Origin: a virus
Lineage: Duplodnaviria > Caudoviricetes
IMG/VR virus record: IMGVR_UViG_3300011152_000015
Span: 27,189 to 91,188 of that record
Strand: one strand, 5' to 3'
Length of the DNA stretch: 64,000 nucleotides
Of the stretch, positions 19,029-29,899 are shown piece after piece (the stretch's first letter is position 1; the number at the start of each line of letters is the position of its first letter). The translations under genes and the position numbers were made by a program. The notes below the pieces were generated by a model. The model was not told the DNA's origin. It searched no databases and saw nothing but the letters and a program-made list of their open reading frames with translations.

Positions 19029-19499
19029 CTAATCAAACTTCAATATCTGATCTACCAATGTTTCTTCGATTACAGCATTGTAGTTCTTGACTATCCCGCC
19101 CTCGCCCACGAGCAAATATGTCGTGTTAGCAGTGATAAATGAGTTGTTGTTTACAAAAAATCTCAGGTAGCTCGTGATGTATACCTCGCCCAGATCTCTT
19201 TGTTTCCGATCCTCAAGAATTTCCCCGCAGAAGAGTTTGAATGGCTTGACGAGGCTGTAATCGGGTACTGGCGGCCACTCCCACTCATCAAAATCATTTG
19301 GGATGACGAACCAGTCTCGGACAATGGCCATGGACTCAACGCCGGAATCTCGATAAATGACGCGAGCCTGATCTTCGCTCATTCCGCTGTCGATAATGGG
19401 GCGCGAGTGCTTTCGGAGGGCAGCAACTTTTTGCTCTTGATTGCCGCCTGGGTACAGCATAGGTCGCCTTGTCATGCTCACCTCCCAAATACTAATCAT
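19029..19499 (-). CDS. Hypothetical protein
   Basis: ORF downstream of the tail operon, converging on a hairpin at ~18980-19000. Confidence 0.6.
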   Translation of the reverse strand: MISIWEVSMTRRPMLYPGGNQEQKVAALRKHSRPIIDSGMSEDQARVIYRDSGVESMAIVRDWFVIPNDFDEWEWPPVPDYSLVKPFKLFCGEILEDRKQRDLGEVYITSYLRFFVNNNSFITANTTYLLVGEGGIVKNYNAVIEETLVDQILKFD

Positions 19500-19520
19500 A
19501 GCATTTACTGTGAGCTGAGC

Positions 19521-21887
19521 TTAAACCGCCACTGGTCTATTCACTTTTACTACGACCGGCACTGACGATACACCGGAAGCATAGGTACTGACCCGAAACT
19601 CCAGTTCATCCCGCAACACCCCTCCATTGCTTGACGCCTCGCCATCAAATCTCCAGCTGTTTCCAGTCAGGTTGTCTGCCTGTCCGACCTTGGCGCCTGC
19701 AGACCAAACCCCAATTGAAACGGAGCCAGCGAAAGCCTGATCACGATCATCCCCATAAAACACGACCGCTTGCTCAGCACCGCTCCGATACCTCCAGGAA
19801 ACCTCAGCAACCCCAGAAATCTCCCCACCCCCAACACCATTGACCAAAACCCTCGCTGGCGGAAAAACTTGGTCATTGGTGCCTTTGACGACAAAGCTTT
19901 GCTCTGCTGCCTCGGCTTCGGTTTGGCGGCGTGTCTGGGTTTTGACCAGGGTTTTGAGGTACACAGCGCTGCCGGCGTTGAACTGGCTTTGGGTGATGCC
20001 GTGACCTTCGGATACCGCCCAGGTTTTGGTACCGACCAGGTGTGCTTTTGCGGTGCTACCGAAGAGAGCGCGGCGGACGTTTTTGAGCTGGGCGGTGGTG
20101 CTGGTCAGAATAGTGAAGGTCTCGTAGGACATCCATTCGCCGTTGATGTACAGGATGCCCAGGGCCTCGCGGTTTTCATTTGTGCTGTAGTTGTCGAGCA
20201 GCTCGATCGGGCCTGAGATGATGGGGCCGGTGGCCAGGGTTGTGGGGCTTGCCGGCAGGGCTTCAGTGAGCTGGAAAACAGGGGTGAATGGGTAGACGCC
20301 CTGATCACTCCAGGACTCTGCGCCTTGCCTGGTGATCAGCTTGTAATCTTGGCCTGCTGGTGGCTGCTCAATTAGGGTCATGAGCGTGCGTGTAAGGCCT
20401 GCGGTGGCGTTAAAGATTGCCGGGGCTTCAACGATTTGGACGTCTGGCGGATCAACAGGCTCAAACGTGGGCTTTGTCCAAGCGTGCTCACCACCGTCGC
20501 TGTACACAGTGTTTTGCACGCCAAAGACGTCTTGGGTGAGTGTAAGCCTGATTGCGCTGTCCAGCATGTTACCGACGTCGACCCCCATTACGCGCATAAC
20601 AAGGCCTTCGACTTGCAGCGGGGGCCAGTCGAGACGGACTACGTCTAGCATCTCGATATCGAACATCGAACGGTTGCACTCAACAATGCAGCTGGCCAGT
20701 GGCACGGACAAAGGCCGAAGCTCACGCTGAGCAATCATCGCGGCCAAGGCCCCCGTCGAAACGCTCATAAAGTCGTAAGTGACGCCGTCCGTATCGCCTT
20801 TGTGGATGCGCAACCCGAGGTTTTGAGCTGTTGCTGTTCGATCATTAAATCCGTCCGCGATGGACAGGTATTTGACTTTGACTTCGTTTGTCGCGGTATC
20901 TAGAGAGCCACGGTTGAAATTGCTGATGCTCTTGATGTTGCTGGCGTTAAGGACTGGTAAATCAGCAATTGCGTAGTCTTCCCTAGCTAGCTTGAGTTTT
21001 AGCTGACCGGTGGCGGCATCCGTTATTAGCGAGCCGTTTATCACTCTGAGGATGTCATCAATAACGGCTGATGCTGATTTAGCCGAGTCAACCACCCCAC
21101 TTACGCCGTAACCCTCGCCATGCAAAATCTCAGCGCAACTCTCGATGGTACTAACGTCGACCAGCGAGGACGAGATAGAGGCCCCGAATCTCTTATCCGT
21201 CAAGAATTCATGGATGGCATAAGCTGGATTTGCATCGTCTCCAATAATTTCTAAAGCTGTGTTGCCGCCAGGCGACCTAGGGAAGCGACTGCAGACAAAA
21301 GAGATCTTGGCCGGTGTCTCACTATTGCCAATGTAAAAACCTTCCAGAACGGCGTAGCAGAGACCGCGTAGCCCAGCAACGATGTCGATACCAACTACTC
21401 GCTGCAGATACTGATTTGCTAGCTGTGTGAGGCTTCCGCTGTAAAAACGGATTGTTCCAGACACTCCGCCTGAACCATCTTCGCCTCCAAAAAGCTCTGG
21501 CTTGTTGATTTGGATCGCGCCATCCGATATCTGTCCTGACCAAGCCTTGTCGTCATCAAACCAAACTTCTTTGAGCGTTACTCCAGATCCGTGGCAAATA
21601 CCAAGCTGTACGCCCATGTAGTACTTGTAACCAACGGTCATTTTTTTTGATGAAAAGCCGGACTTAACTTTTTTGGTGATCGCCTGCGAGCGCAAATCCC
21701 CGTACCAAAGTACATTGGGCCCACTCAACTTGCGGGTGCCATATAAAACCTGGATTGGGCGTTCAGCTGCTGTTGGGAAAGTAAAGTCTTCGAGCGCTGC
21801 AGACTTTCTATCCTCAATCTTTGGCCCTCTTGACATCATCCATACAGACAAGAGGAACATAACAACGTAGAAAATTGCTAAAACCAT
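19521..21887 (-). CDS. Tail tip / central tail protein
   Basis: FPTAAE.PI.VLYGT, GPNVLWYGD, GYKYYMG, DANPA. Confidence 0.85.
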   Translation of the reverse strand: MVLAIFYVVMFLLSVWMMSRGPKIEDRKSAALEDFTFPTAAERPIQVLYGTRKLSGPNVLWYGDLRSQAITKKVKSGFSSKKMTVGYKYYMGVQLGICHGSGVTLKEVWFDDDKAWSGQISDGAIQINKPELFGGEDGSGGVSGTIRFYSGSLTQLANQYLQRVVGIDIVAGLRGLCYAVLEGFYIGNSETPAKISFVCSRFPRSPGGNTALEIIGDDANPAYAIHEFLTDKRFGASISSSLVDVSTIESCAEILHGEGYGVSGVVDSAKSASAVIDDILRVINGSLITDAATGQLKLKLAREDYAIADLPVLNASNIKSISNFNRGSLDTATNEVKVKYLSIADGFNDRTATAQNLGLRIHKGDTDGVTYDFMSVSTGALAAMIAQRELRPLSVPLASCIVECNRSMFDIEMLDVVRLDWPPLQVEGLVMRVMGVDVGNMLDSAIRLTLTQDVFGVQNTVYSDGGEHAWTKPTFEPVDPPDVQIVEAPAIFNATAGLTRTLMTLIEQPPAGQDYKLITRQGAESWSDQGVYPFTPVFQLTEALPASPTTLATGPIISGPIELLDNYSTNENREALGILYINGEWMSYETFTILTSTTAQLKNVRRALFGSTAKAHLVGTKTWAVSEGHGITQSQFNAGSAVYLKTLVKTQTRRQTEAEAAEQSFVVKGTNDQVFPPARVLVNGVGGGEISGVAEVSWRYRSGAEQAVVFYGDDRDQAFAGSVSIGVWSAGAKVGQADNLTGNSWRFDGEASSNGGVLRDELEFRVSTYASGVSSVPVVVKVNRPVAV

Positions 21888-21906
21888 TTTGTTCTTCTTA
21901 TTGTTT

Positions 21907-22707
21907 TTATATGAACGGGTTTTGTTCTGGGATCGTCAAGCAGCCTGAGAAGTTCTCAAAATTATTAAAGGAGTGACAGGCACTTGATGAGCGATCACAG
22001 CCTTTTGCTAATTTGACCGAGCTACCAGCTTTGAGGGAATCGATACCCGAAATTAGAGTAATGCTCTTTTCGGCAGCATTTGCTTCCAAAATCATCCTAT
22101 GGTCAGTTTCGTCAAACGAACAAAGTCCCGCCAGATAGTACTCGGGATCATGATCCAAACTGGTAAGATAGATTTTAGCCCCACCGCCCTCCACTTTGAT
22201 TACCGTTTGTGTTTCCTGATAGTTTGTAATATCAAGGCTACACATATCGTCATACAGGTGGTGGTTGCATTGACTATGATATCCAAACCTCAGAATTTGA
22301 CGTCTAACCAGCGCGCTTGAGGGGTTGCAGGTGAGAGTTGCAATCGAGTTATTCCACGCTACAGCACTTACTTCGCCGCCAAAAACGTTAACAAAAAGGT
22401 TTTTGTTGTCGCGCTGACTTCGGAACACTTTGAGAGTTACGTGCTTCGCAGGGAGGTGTGAGCGAAACAGCAGAGGGACAGGGCTGTCGCCAGGAAGGTC
22501 GATGTCGAGGCGATTTTTGTAGTCTTCAGCAGTGCGCTGCACCTTCCCACGCTTAATGGCAATCGGCTGGTAAACGATGCCGTCTGTGTGCAAGTGCTGA
22601 CGAGTGCCAGAGGTGTAGGCAAAGTATTGCGATCCGAACTCAAAAAGATAGAGCTCAACGGGCTTATTGAGAGATAGCGACCTCTCTATCGATTTCAGAG
22701 TCAACAT
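21907..22707 (-). CDS. DUF2163/BR0599-type tail protein
   Basis: PVELYLF, C.H.LYD..C, GCDRS...C..FNN.ENF.G...IP..NP. Confidence 0.88.
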   Translation of the reverse strand: MLTLKSIERSLSLNKPVELYLFEFGSQYFAYTSGTRQHLHTDGIVYQPIAIKRGKVQRTAEDYKNRLDIDLPGDSPVPLLFRSHLPAKHVTLKVFRSQRDNKNLFVNVFGGEVSAVAWNNSIATLTCNPSSALVRRQILRFGYHSQCNHHLYDDMCSLDITNYQETQTVIKVEGGGAKIYLTSLDHDPEYYLAGLCSFDETDHRMILEANAAEKSITLISGIDSLKAGSSVKLAKGCDRSSSACHSFNNFENFSGCLTIPEQNPFI

Positions 22708-24346
22708 ACAGGAGCTGCTTTATTATTTTAGTTATCGAGCTGTCTACAGGCGTATCGAAGATGTAATTAAACTCATCGGATTCGAAACGCCCCAAAAATA
22801 GTGGTGCTATATACTCAACGTCATCTTTATTAATATTTTCGACTGATTCGCGAAGCGTAATTACTTCAGTTTCCTCTAGTCCTTCTTCCACGGATTTGAC
22901 ATTTCGGTATAGCACAGTCCCATTATACAAGTGAATCGAGATAGCGGGTGCGAATGTACGGGATTTCAGGAAGTTTTTGTAGTTTGCCCTGTTGATAGTG
23001 ATATCTAGTGTTGCAGGGCCAATGTCTTTTGCTAATTTCATAGCAGTGAGCGGGCTCTCGATATAAAACTCACCTTGACTGCCGCGCTCAAGGGCGGAAA
23101 AGAACTCAAAGCGCTGGCGATCATACTCTGTAAAAAAACGCCAAGAATATTGCAGGTATTTAACTGCTCCAGAAGTGCGGTCATAAATGTGACGTCTCCC
23201 GATGCCGGGGTCGAGTGTTTCCCGTAACCGCTTGTACTGAATAGTGCAATCTTTTGACCGATCAGCTCTCACATCCAGCACTCGGCGAGAGTTAAAAATG
23301 ACAAAGTCATCAATCGGCGCTGGTGGCTCTACCACATCAAAATCAAAAGATGCCGATGTAAGCTCGACGTCTAAGCCATGAGCAATTGAATTCGCCTCGT
23401 CGCTTATCCATGCTGAGTGAATGGGCACAAGGCGGGAACCGATACGGTAGTTTTTCTTAACCAATTCTTTAAAAGAAACGCCCTCCTCAGAAATCGCATC
23501 AATCACAGCAATCTCCCATGCGTCACCATCACTCAACATGACTCTGCTACCTGGCGTAACCACTGCACTTAAATTCAAGACAAAAGCCTTGGCATCAAAC
23601 CTCGACACTGGAGCGATAAGCTCGGACTGCATTGGCCATACCGGTACCAAAAATTGACCAGAAAAATTCCCTACCAAGCTTCCAAACAGGTATTGGTCAG
23701 CATCACTGAGCCCGTATTGGTACGTAGCCGAGAGCCGGGGTTGGTCGCGAAGAGAGATCCGCTGCTCAGATCCATCCCAAGACTCAATGACTTCCGTGAG
23801 GTAGCTTTGCCGGAGTTCCGGTTGCATGCTCCAGTCGATCGGCCAATGCACGACAAGAGCCAGGCTAGCGGTAAACTTAAAGTCGTAGCTTCCTGCAGCC
23901 CCAAAATCAAAGGTCGCTCGGTAAGCGACATCGCCGCTATTTTGGTTAAGAGAAACTTGGTATGTGGACGGCACAAAGGAAAACACTGAGCCAGATCTAT
24001 CGCCCGCCAGATCTACAGCCTCACCCCCGAACTCCTCAACCCCATGCAGCCCCAAGCTCGATCGATACGAGTGCCAAACTGCAAACTCAAACGTCTCGCC
24101 ACCAGTAACCAGCCCAGCATCGATCACAGCTGGCGTGATAAATACATTGTCAAAAAATACATCACCCCAACCACCTGCCTGCAGCCCACCGATGCTCAAA
24201 TCCAGCCCGCTGTAGCCTACATACCCATAACCACCGCGAATCATTTTGCGAGCAAAGACAGGCTCAGGCACGAGCTCAAAGTCGTACCCGCAATATCCTG
24301 ATTCCTTTGCCTGGATGACCTGGAATTTGGCTGCGATCTTAGACAT
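22664..24346 (-). CDS. Tail structural protein
   Basis: DW......YLTEVIES.DGSEQR.SLR..PR; synteny. Confidence 0.78.
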   Translation of the reverse strand: MSKIAAKFQVIQAKESGYCGYDFELVPEPVFARKMIRGGYGYVGYSGLDLSIGGLQAGGWGDVFFDNVFITPAVIDAGLVTGGETFEFAVWHSYRSSLGLHGVEEFGGEAVDLAGDRSGSVFSFVPSTYQVSLNQNSGDVAYRATFDFGAAGSYDFKFTASLALVVHWPIDWSMQPELRQSYLTEVIESWDGSEQRISLRDQPRLSATYQYGLSDADQYLFGSLVGNFSGQFLVPVWPMQSELIAPVSRFDAKAFVLNLSAVVTPGSRVMLSDGDAWEIAVIDAISEEGVSFKELVKKNYRIGSRLVPIHSAWISDEANSIAHGLDVELTSASFDFDVVEPPAPIDDFVIFNSRRVLDVRADRSKDCTIQYKRLRETLDPGIGRRHIYDRTSGAVKYLQYSWRFFTEYDRQRFEFFSALERGSQGEFYIESPLTAMKLAKDIGPATLDITINRANYKNFLKSRTFAPAISIHLYNGTVLYRNVKSVEEGLEETEVITLRESVENINKDDVEYIAPLFLGRFESDEFNYIFDTPVDSSITKIIKQLLYVDSEIDREVAISQ

Positions 24347-25283
24347 CGACTTTCACCGCGAACCCTAAACCGAAGTACGGCTGGATGCGGACAGCCGGGA
24401 TTTCTTTGCCAAAAAAGGGAAAAATCTTGAACGTCTGGTCACCGACTACGTAGTCCTGGCCCGCAGTCATCAGGTCGCAATTCACAAAGTGCAGGTCATC
24501 AAATTCCGCAAATGGAGACCAAGCACTTTCATTTTTGACATACAAGTAGATCGGCATTAGAGCCGACATGCCGTTTAATCGATTCGAGCTGCGCGCACTG
24601 CTGCCAATTGTCCCGACCTGTCCAGGGGATGATGGGCTGAAATTGGGCACCCGCACGCCATTGCTAGCTGATAACCCAGATGCATAACCCCTCGTTTCAG
24701 AGTCTTGGTATGAGTACAGCCAGCCGCTGTAATCCGCCTTCGAAACCCACAGTGAAGTGACTGCCCCAGAGTGATCGAAAGGCACTGACTTTCCATCCCC
24801 GCTCGCGTACTCCATTCCCGTGAGCACACTGCCGCCTGCACCAGGAACCACGACCGGCGAATCCCCGAAAAACGCATGGCTATACCGACCATTTTCAAAT
24901 TCCGAGATCAGCAACACGCGCTCATCTGCAGTGAACAGATGATATGTCCCTGCCGCCCCGGCTCGAACGTACCGACCATTGTTGGAGTAACCAGGCTGCT
25001 GAAACCAAGCCAGCGAGGCTTCGAACCCAGTGCTGATCCGCATATCGATACCAGATTTCCCGTATCCGCTGCTCCAGCTCGGCCCCGTTGGGTTGAAGTC
25101 GTCGAAGCTACGCAGAGCGATGTATGTGGCCCCTTTGTGTAAGTGCAGCCGCTTCCCAAAACGTGTGTCAGCGCTGTCGACGTATGCGTGTAAATCAACC
25201 ACCCAGCCCTCGGCAAAGAGCTTCTCTCTCACCAGCTGCAGGAGGTTTTCGGAGCCCGCAAACGAGCCAGTTTGATATTTCAT
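24339..25283 (-). CDS. Virion structural (distal tail) protein
   Basis: MKYQTGS...GW start; synteny resembling D3112/JBD-type Pseudomonas siphophage tails. Confidence 0.7.
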   Translation of the reverse strand: MKYQTGSFAGSENLLQLVREKLFAEGWVVDLHAYVDSADTRFGKRLHLHKGATYIALRSFDDFNPTGPSWSSGYGKSGIDMRISTGFEASLAWFQQPGYSNNGRYVRAGAAGTYHLFTADERVLLISEFENGRYSHAFFGDSPVVVPGAGGSVLTGMEYASGDGKSVPFDHSGAVTSLWVSKADYSGWLYSYQDSETRGYASGLSASNGVRVPNFSPSSPGQVGTIGSSARSSNRLNGMSALMPIYLYVKNESAWSPFAEFDDLHFVNCDLMTAGQDYVVGDQTFKIFPFFGKEIPAVRIQPYFGLGFAVKVDV

Positions 25284-26152
25284 GCGAGCCTCAGAGCAAA
25301 GTATTGGGAGCCCCTAAAGATGTTGGGGACGAGGAGGTATTGCTCATCGCCGATAGTTATGACGGACTCAGCGGAAGCCCCGGCATTGCTCACTGCAAAT
25401 ACGCCGTCGAGATACCCGCACCACAACCCATCATCGACGCCTTCCCCAGCTGTAGGAGCCCCAGAAACCACCATCGCGTTGTAGAGCACATGATCCCCGG
25501 CGAGGGTCTTGCCGAGGTCTGCAACACCGCCGTCAAAGGGCCACACGTAGCCCAGGTCATAACCGTAGTTGGGGGTGAAATTGAGGCTGTCGCCGGAGTC
25601 GTTTTTGGCCACTGCCTGCCATCCACCGCCAGGTAGACAAACCCTCGGAGGCCTGGAACTGCCGCCATACCAAGGAAAACCAGAGGCTGTTGAAGCAGTG
25701 GAAGACCAGACATCAGCATCCCCCGAACCCCCAGCAAAACACGGAAACGGATAGCTATCGGTGTTTGCAAATGGCAACAGCAAGCCCAAGTAAAACGAGT
25801 GATAAGTGTTCGAAATCCGGCAGACCCCCGCCAGTCGCCGCTCACTTACTGAGACCCAGCACTCAAAAGACTGGTTATGCAGCGGCACCCGAGGCAGCTT
25901 GTACCCGCCAGTTGGTGTCTTCATGGCTCCAATTTGATCAGCAATACCACGAGCAGGATCGAACGACCGAAACGCCTGCATTTCGATATTCACGCCATCG
26001 ATCAACAGCGCCACGAACCCACCTGCCGGCACGCGCAAGACCTTCGAAGAAACAGTATCCGACTCAACAACCCACCCCTCAGCCTGCGCAGCGGCAAGGA
26101 GTTTGGTCACAAAATCGGTGTGATTTGAGGCAGTAAAAGTGTGAAGAGCCAT
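25280..26152 (-). CDS. Virion structural (distal tail) protein
   Basis: YLG..LP.....YPFP, G.LDGVF, PNIFR; follows the tape measure gene. Confidence 0.72.
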   Translation of the reverse strand: MALHTFTASNHTDFVTKLLAAAQAEGWVVESDTVSSKVLRVPAGGFVALLIDGVNIEMQAFRSFDPARGIADQIGAMKTPTGGYKLPRVPLHNQSFECWVSVSERRLAGVCRISNTYHSFYLGLLLPFANTDSYPFPCFAGGSGDADVWSSTASTASGFPWYGGSSRPPRVCLPGGGWQAVAKNDSGDSLNFTPNYGYDLGYVWPFDGGVADLGKTLAGDHVLYNAMVVSGAPTAGEGVDDGLWCGYLDGVFAVSNAGASAESVITIGDEQYLLVPNIFRGSQYFALRLA

Positions 26153-26190
26153 GTTGTTATTCTTATCGGCCTTTTTATTTATTATAGCAC

Positions 26191-28986
26191 TTACATGTTC
26201 TTGATTTCAGAGCGATTTGCTCTAATGTGGTTCATGATTACTCGCTCTCCATCCGCACCTTCGAGCGCGCTGGCAATGCTTGGGGCGTCGATTACGTTGT
26301 TAATAGTTACGCGAGCTTGATCACTTGCAGAGCTGCTGCCAGATCCCTTGCCGATGTTGTTACGGTGCCTCGGATCGCTAGCAGTAAGCATCTCTTCGCC
26401 TTTTTCAGCAATGATCGGAACCTCATTTGGCTTGAGTCCGATAACTCCGCCTGTGTGATATTTGAGTGCGCCACCAAACATCCATCCTGGTACTGATCGA
26501 CTACGGCCACCACCAGATCCAATCAGGCCGCCGTCGTGCTTAACTCCACCAGCAACGGCCCCGGCTGCTGTAGATGCCCCGCCACTGACCATCCCCAACA
26601 TGCTTTGAATTGCGTACTGGACAAGCATCTGAGCAATGACCTGCATAATTGTGTTGATCATCGCCGCCCCCATGTCAGCAAAGGCCTCCTGTGCTGACTT
26701 GCTGCCGCTAATGATCGATGTAAACGCGTCGCCCAGGCCATTGCTCATGCTGCCCTGCAGGTCTTGCCATGTTTTTTGAAAGCTGAAGACCTCAGATTTC
26801 GCTGACTCTAAGCTGTCTTTTGTGCGGTCAACATCGGCTTCATTGCCAGTAGTCTCAGCAGCCTTTTGGCCTCGATCCCCCAACGCATTAACCTGAGCAA
26901 GGTAATCGCGAGACGAAATCTGGTTGTTCTCCAGCTTCCTTTTCAGCGCAGCATATTGCCGGTCGATCTCATCCAACTCGGCCTTTGCCTTTTTCGCGTT
27001 TACAAGATCCTTGGCCGCTGTTGAGTCCTCTCCCATCGCCTCAAGGATGCGCTTGGTGTCCGCAAACTCACGCTCGATCTCTAGTAAATCAGCTTTGTAA
27101 TCAGAGCCTCTGATACGCAGCAGATCGACTTCCAGCTGCTCCTTAATCGCCTCCACCTGCGCCTTTGAATCTGCTAGGGCAGACGCACGCTCAGCTTTGA
27201 GCAGCGCTTCCTGGTTGGCCAAAGCTGACGTCAGGTTGAGCTGCTCCTGCTTCTTCACGCTGATCTGGGCTTCGATATCAGCGATCGCACCAAGCGCAGT
27301 GCCGCGTTCCGAATCAATAGTCGACTGCCCCAACACTTTTTGCTGAGCACTTAGCTGCGCCTGAAGCACCTTGAGGTCTTCGCCCAGGCTCGCTTTGCGC
27401 TGGTCGCTGATCTCCCTGTTTGCTTTCAAATCTATAGCCAGCCTGGCGTCGGCGATCTCGATAGCAGTCAGGTTCTCGGACTTAGCACGATCTTCCAAGG
27501 CTCTGTTATCAAGCTGCTGCTGTGTCTGAATGCGCTCGATGTTTTTGTCGATTGCCAGTTTGGCCAGGTCGGCTTGGAGCTTGGCCTGGGTAGCAGCCAG
27601 GGTGGCCGCAGTCTGGGTACTTGTTAGGTTGTTTTTTGCGTCACCACCTCGACCCAGGCCCAGCTTTGCGCGCTCCGCATCCTGGGCGACCATGGCTTTG
27701 TTTTGCTCAGCGATGGCAGCGCCGGCATCGAGCAGTTTGTCGGTTGCGCTTGAGATAGCACCGCTTATGCCGCCCACGCCTGTCAGCGTTGCTTTAATTG
27801 CTTCCTGGCCGAGCTTGTCGAGGGTGCTTGATGCCCGGTCGGCTTGTGCAGCGAAGTCTTTGAAGATGCCGCCGCCGAGGTTGAGGTTGACCGGTTTGTT
27901 TAGATCGGCGACTGAGCTGTTGATGTAGCTGCGGACGCTGTCGAGGCTCGATGACATGGAGCTTGCGAGGCTGCCGGGGATTTTGTTTAGCAGGCTCTGG
28001 ATGCCGGGAACAAAGGTATTGCCCACGAGATTGAGCACGTCAGCAAACGCCCGCCTGTAAAACGTGACGAAGCTGTTTACGAATTTCCCTAGGTACGTGA
28101 GGATCTGGTCGAATCCTCTGGCAAACACACCTGCAGTGTCTGTAGCGCCCTTGGCAATGGCGAAAAAGATCGCGTATAGGGCATCACCAACCCGGCCAAA
28201 GGCGGCAAAGGCCTGGCCAGCAGCGTACACAATCCCCCTAAACTGCTCGCGCCCAGACACGCCAAGGTCGTCGACACCAGCTTTAACGTTGGTGGTGCCT
28301 TGCAACATCATTTGTATCAGGGCTGTAAATTCAGGTGCAGCGTCGGCCACTGACTTTTTAAAGCTGGTCGAAATCGATGTTGAAAGCTCGTTAAACGTGC
28401 GGTTGAGCTGCTCGACGTTTTTTGTGTCGAGACTGTTTAGGGTGTAACCGGCAGCTTTGGCCTGGGCCATGAGCTCTTTGAACTTGCCAGACCCGTCTTC
28501 CAGCAATGGCAGTAAGTTGCGAAGGTTGTCCGAACCAATCTGGTCAAGAAAAGTGAACTGGGCACTCGACGACATGCCCTTCATTACGTCACTGATTTTT
28601 TGCAGCTGCTCAAGCGGGTTGAGCTTCATGAACTCGGCGCTGGAGACCTGCATAATTTGGAAAAAATCGATCGCGCCACCGCTTTGGATCGAGTTCATCT
28701 CTTCGATTTTTATACGCACTTCTTCGAGGGCATCAGCAAACTGCCCAGCTTCTACACCGGAGGTTTTAAATGCCGCATATTGAGCTGCAGTAAGGTCTTC
28801 AACACTTATCTGCAATCGTCTGGCAACGATATCTAGCTCGGTCAGTTGGGTGACTGTTTGCTTAATAGCAGCACCGCCAGCAAACGCAGCGATAAGACCT
28901 GCAACTTTCCCAGCTGCGCCTGTCAAGGCATTAGACATCTCGTCCCTTGCACGCAAGACGAGCTGAATTACTGTACTTCCGGCCAT
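26191..28986 (-). CDS. Tail tape measure protein
   Basis: 931 aa helical Ala-rich protein; YHTGG..GLKPNEVP.I...GEE C-terminus. Confidence 0.9.
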   Translation of the reverse strand: MAGSTVIQLVLRARDEMSNALTGAAGKVAGLIAAFAGGAAIKQTVTQLTELDIVARRLQISVEDLTAAQYAAFKTSGVEAGQFADALEEVRIKIEEMNSIQSGGAIDFFQIMQVSSAEFMKLNPLEQLQKISDVMKGMSSSAQFTFLDQIGSDNLRNLLPLLEDGSGKFKELMAQAKAAGYTLNSLDTKNVEQLNRTFNELSTSISTSFKKSVADAAPEFTALIQMMLQGTTNVKAGVDDLGVSGREQFRGIVYAAGQAFAAFGRVGDALYAIFFAIAKGATDTAGVFARGFDQILTYLGKFVNSFVTFYRRAFADVLNLVGNTFVPGIQSLLNKIPGSLASSMSSSLDSVRSYINSSVADLNKPVNLNLGGGIFKDFAAQADRASSTLDKLGQEAIKATLTGVGGISGAISSATDKLLDAGAAIAEQNKAMVAQDAERAKLGLGRGGDAKNNLTSTQTAATLAATQAKLQADLAKLAIDKNIERIQTQQQLDNRALEDRAKSENLTAIEIADARLAIDLKANREISDQRKASLGEDLKVLQAQLSAQQKVLGQSTIDSERGTALGAIADIEAQISVKKQEQLNLTSALANQEALLKAERASALADSKAQVEAIKEQLEVDLLRIRGSDYKADLLEIEREFADTKRILEAMGEDSTAAKDLVNAKKAKAELDEIDRQYAALKRKLENNQISSRDYLAQVNALGDRGQKAAETTGNEADVDRTKDSLESAKSEVFSFQKTWQDLQGSMSNGLGDAFTSIISGSKSAQEAFADMGAAMINTIMQVIAQMLVQYAIQSMLGMVSGGASTAAGAVAGGVKHDGGLIGSGGGRSRSVPGWMFGGALKYHTGGVIGLKPNEVPIIAEKGEEMLTASDPRHRNNIGKGSGSSSASDQARVTINNVIDAPSIASALEGADGERVIMNHIRANRSEIKNM

Positions 28987-29004
28987 GTTTTGTTCTTCTT
29001 ATTA

Positions 29005-29337
29005 TTATTGGCTTAGCTGATCAATCAGAGTCTTAAACTCTTTGCCATCCCCAGTGGCAACTGCAATGCGGGACATATGATCAGCGATGATCTTTGTCAC
29101 CATCTGATCCCGTATCCTCTCTTTATTCACTTCAGCGAGGTGTAGCAGGCGCTTAATAGAGTACAAATACGGATTTGAATGCCCGCAAGATACAAGGAGC
29201 TCGCAACACTCAATTAGTACAAGGCCAAACTGCTCAGGGTCTTGTTCCTCTGTCGACGCACTCTTTTTCCTGCTGGCCTCGAATTGCTTTACTTTTTGAT
29301 CAGCGGTAAGAGTATCGGCACCAGTTTTTCCAGACTT
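29005..29337 (-). CDS. -1 frameshift extension of the chaperone (gpGT-like); absent from the ORF track
   Basis: A-AAA-AAA at 29343-29337; the -1 frame is open ~110 codons (KSGKTGAD...LVSCGHSNPYLYS...DQLSQ). Confidence 0.75.
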   Translation of the reverse strand, partial: KSGKTGADTLTADQKVKQFEASRKKSASTEEQDPEQFGLVLIECCELLVSCGHSNPYLYSIKRLLHLAEVNKERIRDQMVTKIIADHMSRIAVATGDGKEFKTLIDQLSQ

Positions 29338-29696
29338 TTTTTTAGCCCGTCAGGGAAAGTCAAAGAGAATACTGTTGCGAGTAATTCCAGCTGGATAGGG
29401 AAAGGCAAGTTCTGGATATACCCTTCAGCATCGCGCTGCTTACAAGCGCAGGCAACACAAGCAGCCGCAAAACCCGGAAAGCTCAGAAGCACCGTTTTGG
29501 AAACATCGGGGTCAGCCAACGACTCCTTGGCATTACTTAAAAAGATAGCCGCAAGCGCAGTGCGATAGCCGTCAGCAAGGTAAACAAAATCCTCTGTATT
29601 AAGACCAAACACATCAATCGTCACCTCGGGCTTGTCGGCAGACGCTTGTGTAATTGTGATGGGACGTGACGGGATGACGAGATCAGAGAGTGCCAT
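29289..29696 (-). CDS. Tail assembly chaperone (gpG-like)
   Basis: Between tail tube and tape measure genes; GLKK slippery run near its end. Confidence 0.78.
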   Translation of the reverse strand: MALSDLVIPSRPITITQASADKPEVTIDVFGLNTEDFVYLADGYRTALAAIFLSNAKESLADPDVSKTVLLSFPGFAAACVACACKQRDAEGYIQNLPFPIQLELLATVFSLTFPDGLKKSLEKLVPILLPLIKK

Positions 29697-29899
29697 TTTT
29701 TATTCTTATTATAAGGCTTTTAACTATTATACCGAACCCCGCGACCCCCGTGAGACAAAACCAGTTTGACAACAAAAATAATCGAGGCAGAACAATATTC
29801 GCTGCATACCTCAACTCTCTTCGTTGTCTACTATCGCGATATGGTACTCAGCAGTAATATTGAAACTGTAGCTACACACAACAATAAGAGAGCAGAAAA

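Noticed and set aside
23941-23956. TTTGGTTAAGAGAAAC matching the palindrome arm
   Set aside because: A lone copy inside a tail CDS; it cannot be told from chance without statistics
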